DNA from: Takakia lepidozioides
Taxonomy: Eukaryota > Plantae > Bryophyta
DNA length: 64,000 nucleotides
Assembly (NCBI GenBank): GCA_030704615.1
Contig: CM060734.1
Span: 11,594,001 to 11,658,000 of the forward strand
Direction: 5' to 3'
Part shown: positions 63,071-64,000 of the stretch, piece by piece
Position numbering within the stretch: position 1 is the first letter of the stretch
How the letters are laid out: each line of letters opens with the position of its first letter
Position numbers and translations under genes: made by a program
The notes under the pieces: generated by a model
Databases searched by the model: none
Seen by the model: only the letters and a program-made list of their open reading frames with translations
What the model was told of the DNA's origin: nothing

Positions 63071-64000
63071 GTGCCATTGTTGTGGGACACGATGGAGAAG
63101 ATGTATGGAGCTACCAAGGGGCCACGTAGGTACTTTGGAGCTGTGGGCACCATCGAGCTTGATGACTTTATACAAGAGTTTGACAATTGGTGTGATTTGC
63201 AGCAAATGCGCAATCCACAACTGTTTACGCCCTTTATGGCGTGGAAGGGGCTATTCCAGCACCTTGAGGGGCCGCCCATGGATGATTACCATGAATTTAG
63301 GCGGGGACATGCGGTGGAGATTGAGGAGTGGCGAGAGTATTGGTCACCTAACTATGTCTCAATCACTAGAGGCACAAGGGCAGCGGTGACACCAGCAGCT
63401 ACACAAACATCTCCAACTACAAGCACTAGTAGTGGAACATCACGACTACAACACATGTGCCTAGATTCAACCCGGTGGTGGAGTTCTTCTAGGAGTTGTG
63501 GAGGAACTACCAAGGTATACGGACAGAGAAGCTGCGAAGTTTGCAAGACTTTCAGCGCAAATCCAGTGAGAACTTGCGAGAGGCCTACACTCGTATGAGG
63601 CGCTTGATAGTGTGACCCAAGGGGTTACTGAAGCTCAGGCAGTCCAGTTCTGGTATGGAATTTTGGACAAGGAGCTCAGAAGAAGGGTGCGGGATGCAAC
63701 CCTGTTACAAGCGGCCCAACCCACATTAGCAGATGTATTTCTGCTGGCTGAGCAGATTGAACTCAACATGGTAGAGGAGCGAGTTGTTACCATTGGATTT
63801 GGCAAGGACATGCCTGCACGAGGCGCAGCTGCCAGCCAACAGGTACAAGGGACTGTCCAACAGCGTGGTCAGGGGGGCAAGGTTGCCCAACCCAAATTCC
63901 ATGGAGCTTACAGGGGACTTCAGGTGCAGAGACCAGTAGCTTCTTTTGCAGGCCAACAGCAACCAAGGGTGGTATGTTGGACATGTGGAGGACCCGATGT
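63071..64000 (+). pseudogene. gag: LTR retrotransposon gag (third family), frameshifted, runs off the right edge
   Basis: IELDDFIQEFDNWCD...LQDFQRKSSENLREAYTRMRRLI...QAVQFWYGILDKELRRRV...TLADVFLLAEQIE, and the start of a knuckle (CWTCGG) at the edge. Confidence 0.75.

Overview
Eukaryotic nuclear DNA from a land plant. Spliceosomal introns, OSB/PDF, NB-ARC and BTB domains support this; a non-seed plant such as a bryophyte is my inference. The window is mostly nested, decayed transposons around one apparently intact two-exon BTB/POZ gene (48198-50075). From left to right: (1) a ~575-bp tandem array (1-4149) whose unit is a spliced PDF (OSB-type ssDNA-binding) motif module; (2) DNA-transposon debris (CACTA ends, Sola-like, MULE/SWIM and Ulp1 fragments) including an intron-containing N4/N6-type DNA methyltransferase fragment; (3) four pieces of two related Ty3/Gypsy non-chromovirus families. 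These share a PBS, an unrecognised ORF upstream of gag (in one family it starts inside the LTR and reads through the PBS) and a large accessory ORF downstream of pol; (4) an NB-ARC fragment cut by an LTR; (5) a two-ORF Penelope-like retroelement fragment; (6) Helitron-like repeats, dsRBD and RING gene remnants and a further gag at the right edge. No rRNA, bona fide tRNA or CRISPR array was found. All family calls come from motif recognition by eye, not database searches.
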